IMG/VR virus record: IMGVR_UViG_3300048590_000292
Location: 4,743 to 68,742 of that record
Length of the DNA: 64,000 nt
Reading direction: 5' to 3' (one strand)
Source of the DNA: a virus
A program made the translations under genes and the position numbers. The notes beneath the pieces are model-generated. The model was not told the origin of the DNA. It saw only the letters and a list, made by a program, of their open reading frames with translations, and made no database searches. Below, one piece after another: positions 63,706 through 64,000 of this stretch (within the stretch, counting starts at the first letter, position 1; every line of letters begins with the position of its first letter).

Positions 63706-64000
63706 TAGAAATTAAAAAAACACTCGAATTGCATGCCGCATGGAGACGCGGCGAAGAAGGCGGCGAGCGGGCCGACCTTTCCCGGGCCGACCTTTCCGGG
63801 GCCAACCTTTACGGGGCCGACCTTTACGGGGCCGACCTTTCCCGGGCCGACCTTTCCGGGGCCAACCTTTTCGGGGCCAACCTTTCCGGGGCCAACCTTT
63901 CCGGGGCCAACCTTTCCGGGGCCAACCTTTACGATTCCAACCTTTCCGATTCCAACCTTTCCAGGGCCAACCTTTACGGGGCCGACCTTTCCGGGGCTAA
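63702..64000 (+). CDS. Pentapeptide repeat protein (3' end truncated by the window)
   Basis: [23 protein letters not shown] then [15 protein letters not shown]...; 15-bp tandem repeat; the ORF track shows a different frame. Confidence 0.9.
   Translation, partial: MIEIKKTLELHAAWRRGEEGGERADLSRADLSGANLYGADLYGADLSRADLSGANLFGANLSGANLSGANLSGANLYDSNLSDSNLSRANLYGADLSGA

Noticed and set aside
63740-64000. ORF-track protein with RGQPF repeats
   Set aside because: Shadow frame of the pentapeptide repeat gene, which starts at the coupled ATG 63702.
63771-64000. Tandem repeats as a possible CRISPR array
   Set aside because: The 15-bp units are contiguous with no spacers and code for protein.
1-64000. 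Stop-codon reassignment
   Set aside because: Core genes are intact in the standard code, TAA, TAG and TGA all end genes, and there is no suppressor tRNA.

Overview
The window looks like most of a tailed dsDNA phage genome, siphovirus-like with a long tape measure. The host is probably Bacteroidetes: TAnnTTTG -7 promoter boxes recur, starts are A-rich with few SD sites, and signal peptides are followed by Gln. Almost all genes are on the + strand. 1-17.5 kb holds early/replication genes: DHH phosphoesterase, GIY-YIG, an initiator with internal iterons, a primase-DnaB fusion, an SNF2-methyltransferase fusion, RuvC-like and NinB-like genes. 17.6-54.8 kb is the late operon: PLD-fold protein, TerS/TerL, a frameshifting tail chaperone, tape measure, tail proteins, S49 protease, scaffold, capsid, tail tube, portal, adaptor, fibres, five signal-peptide proteins including a 1770-aa tailspike-like one, and holin-like genes. 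A minus-strand endolysin and an initiator-like tRNA-Met follow. 55.9-64 kb is a second early region with RecT/Bet, an exonuclease and a truncated pentapeptide-repeat gene. No integrase, reverse transcriptase or CRISPR array was seen. The strongest lead is an integron-like gene-cassette array at 16.3-17.2 kb, with attC-like hairpins and cassette-specific core/inverse-core pairs but no integrase in view. Other leads are the Sec-exported tailspike module, repeated structured intergenic motifs in the early region, and a kissing-loop terminator leader before the replication genes. All product calls come from motif reading by eye; no database search was run.
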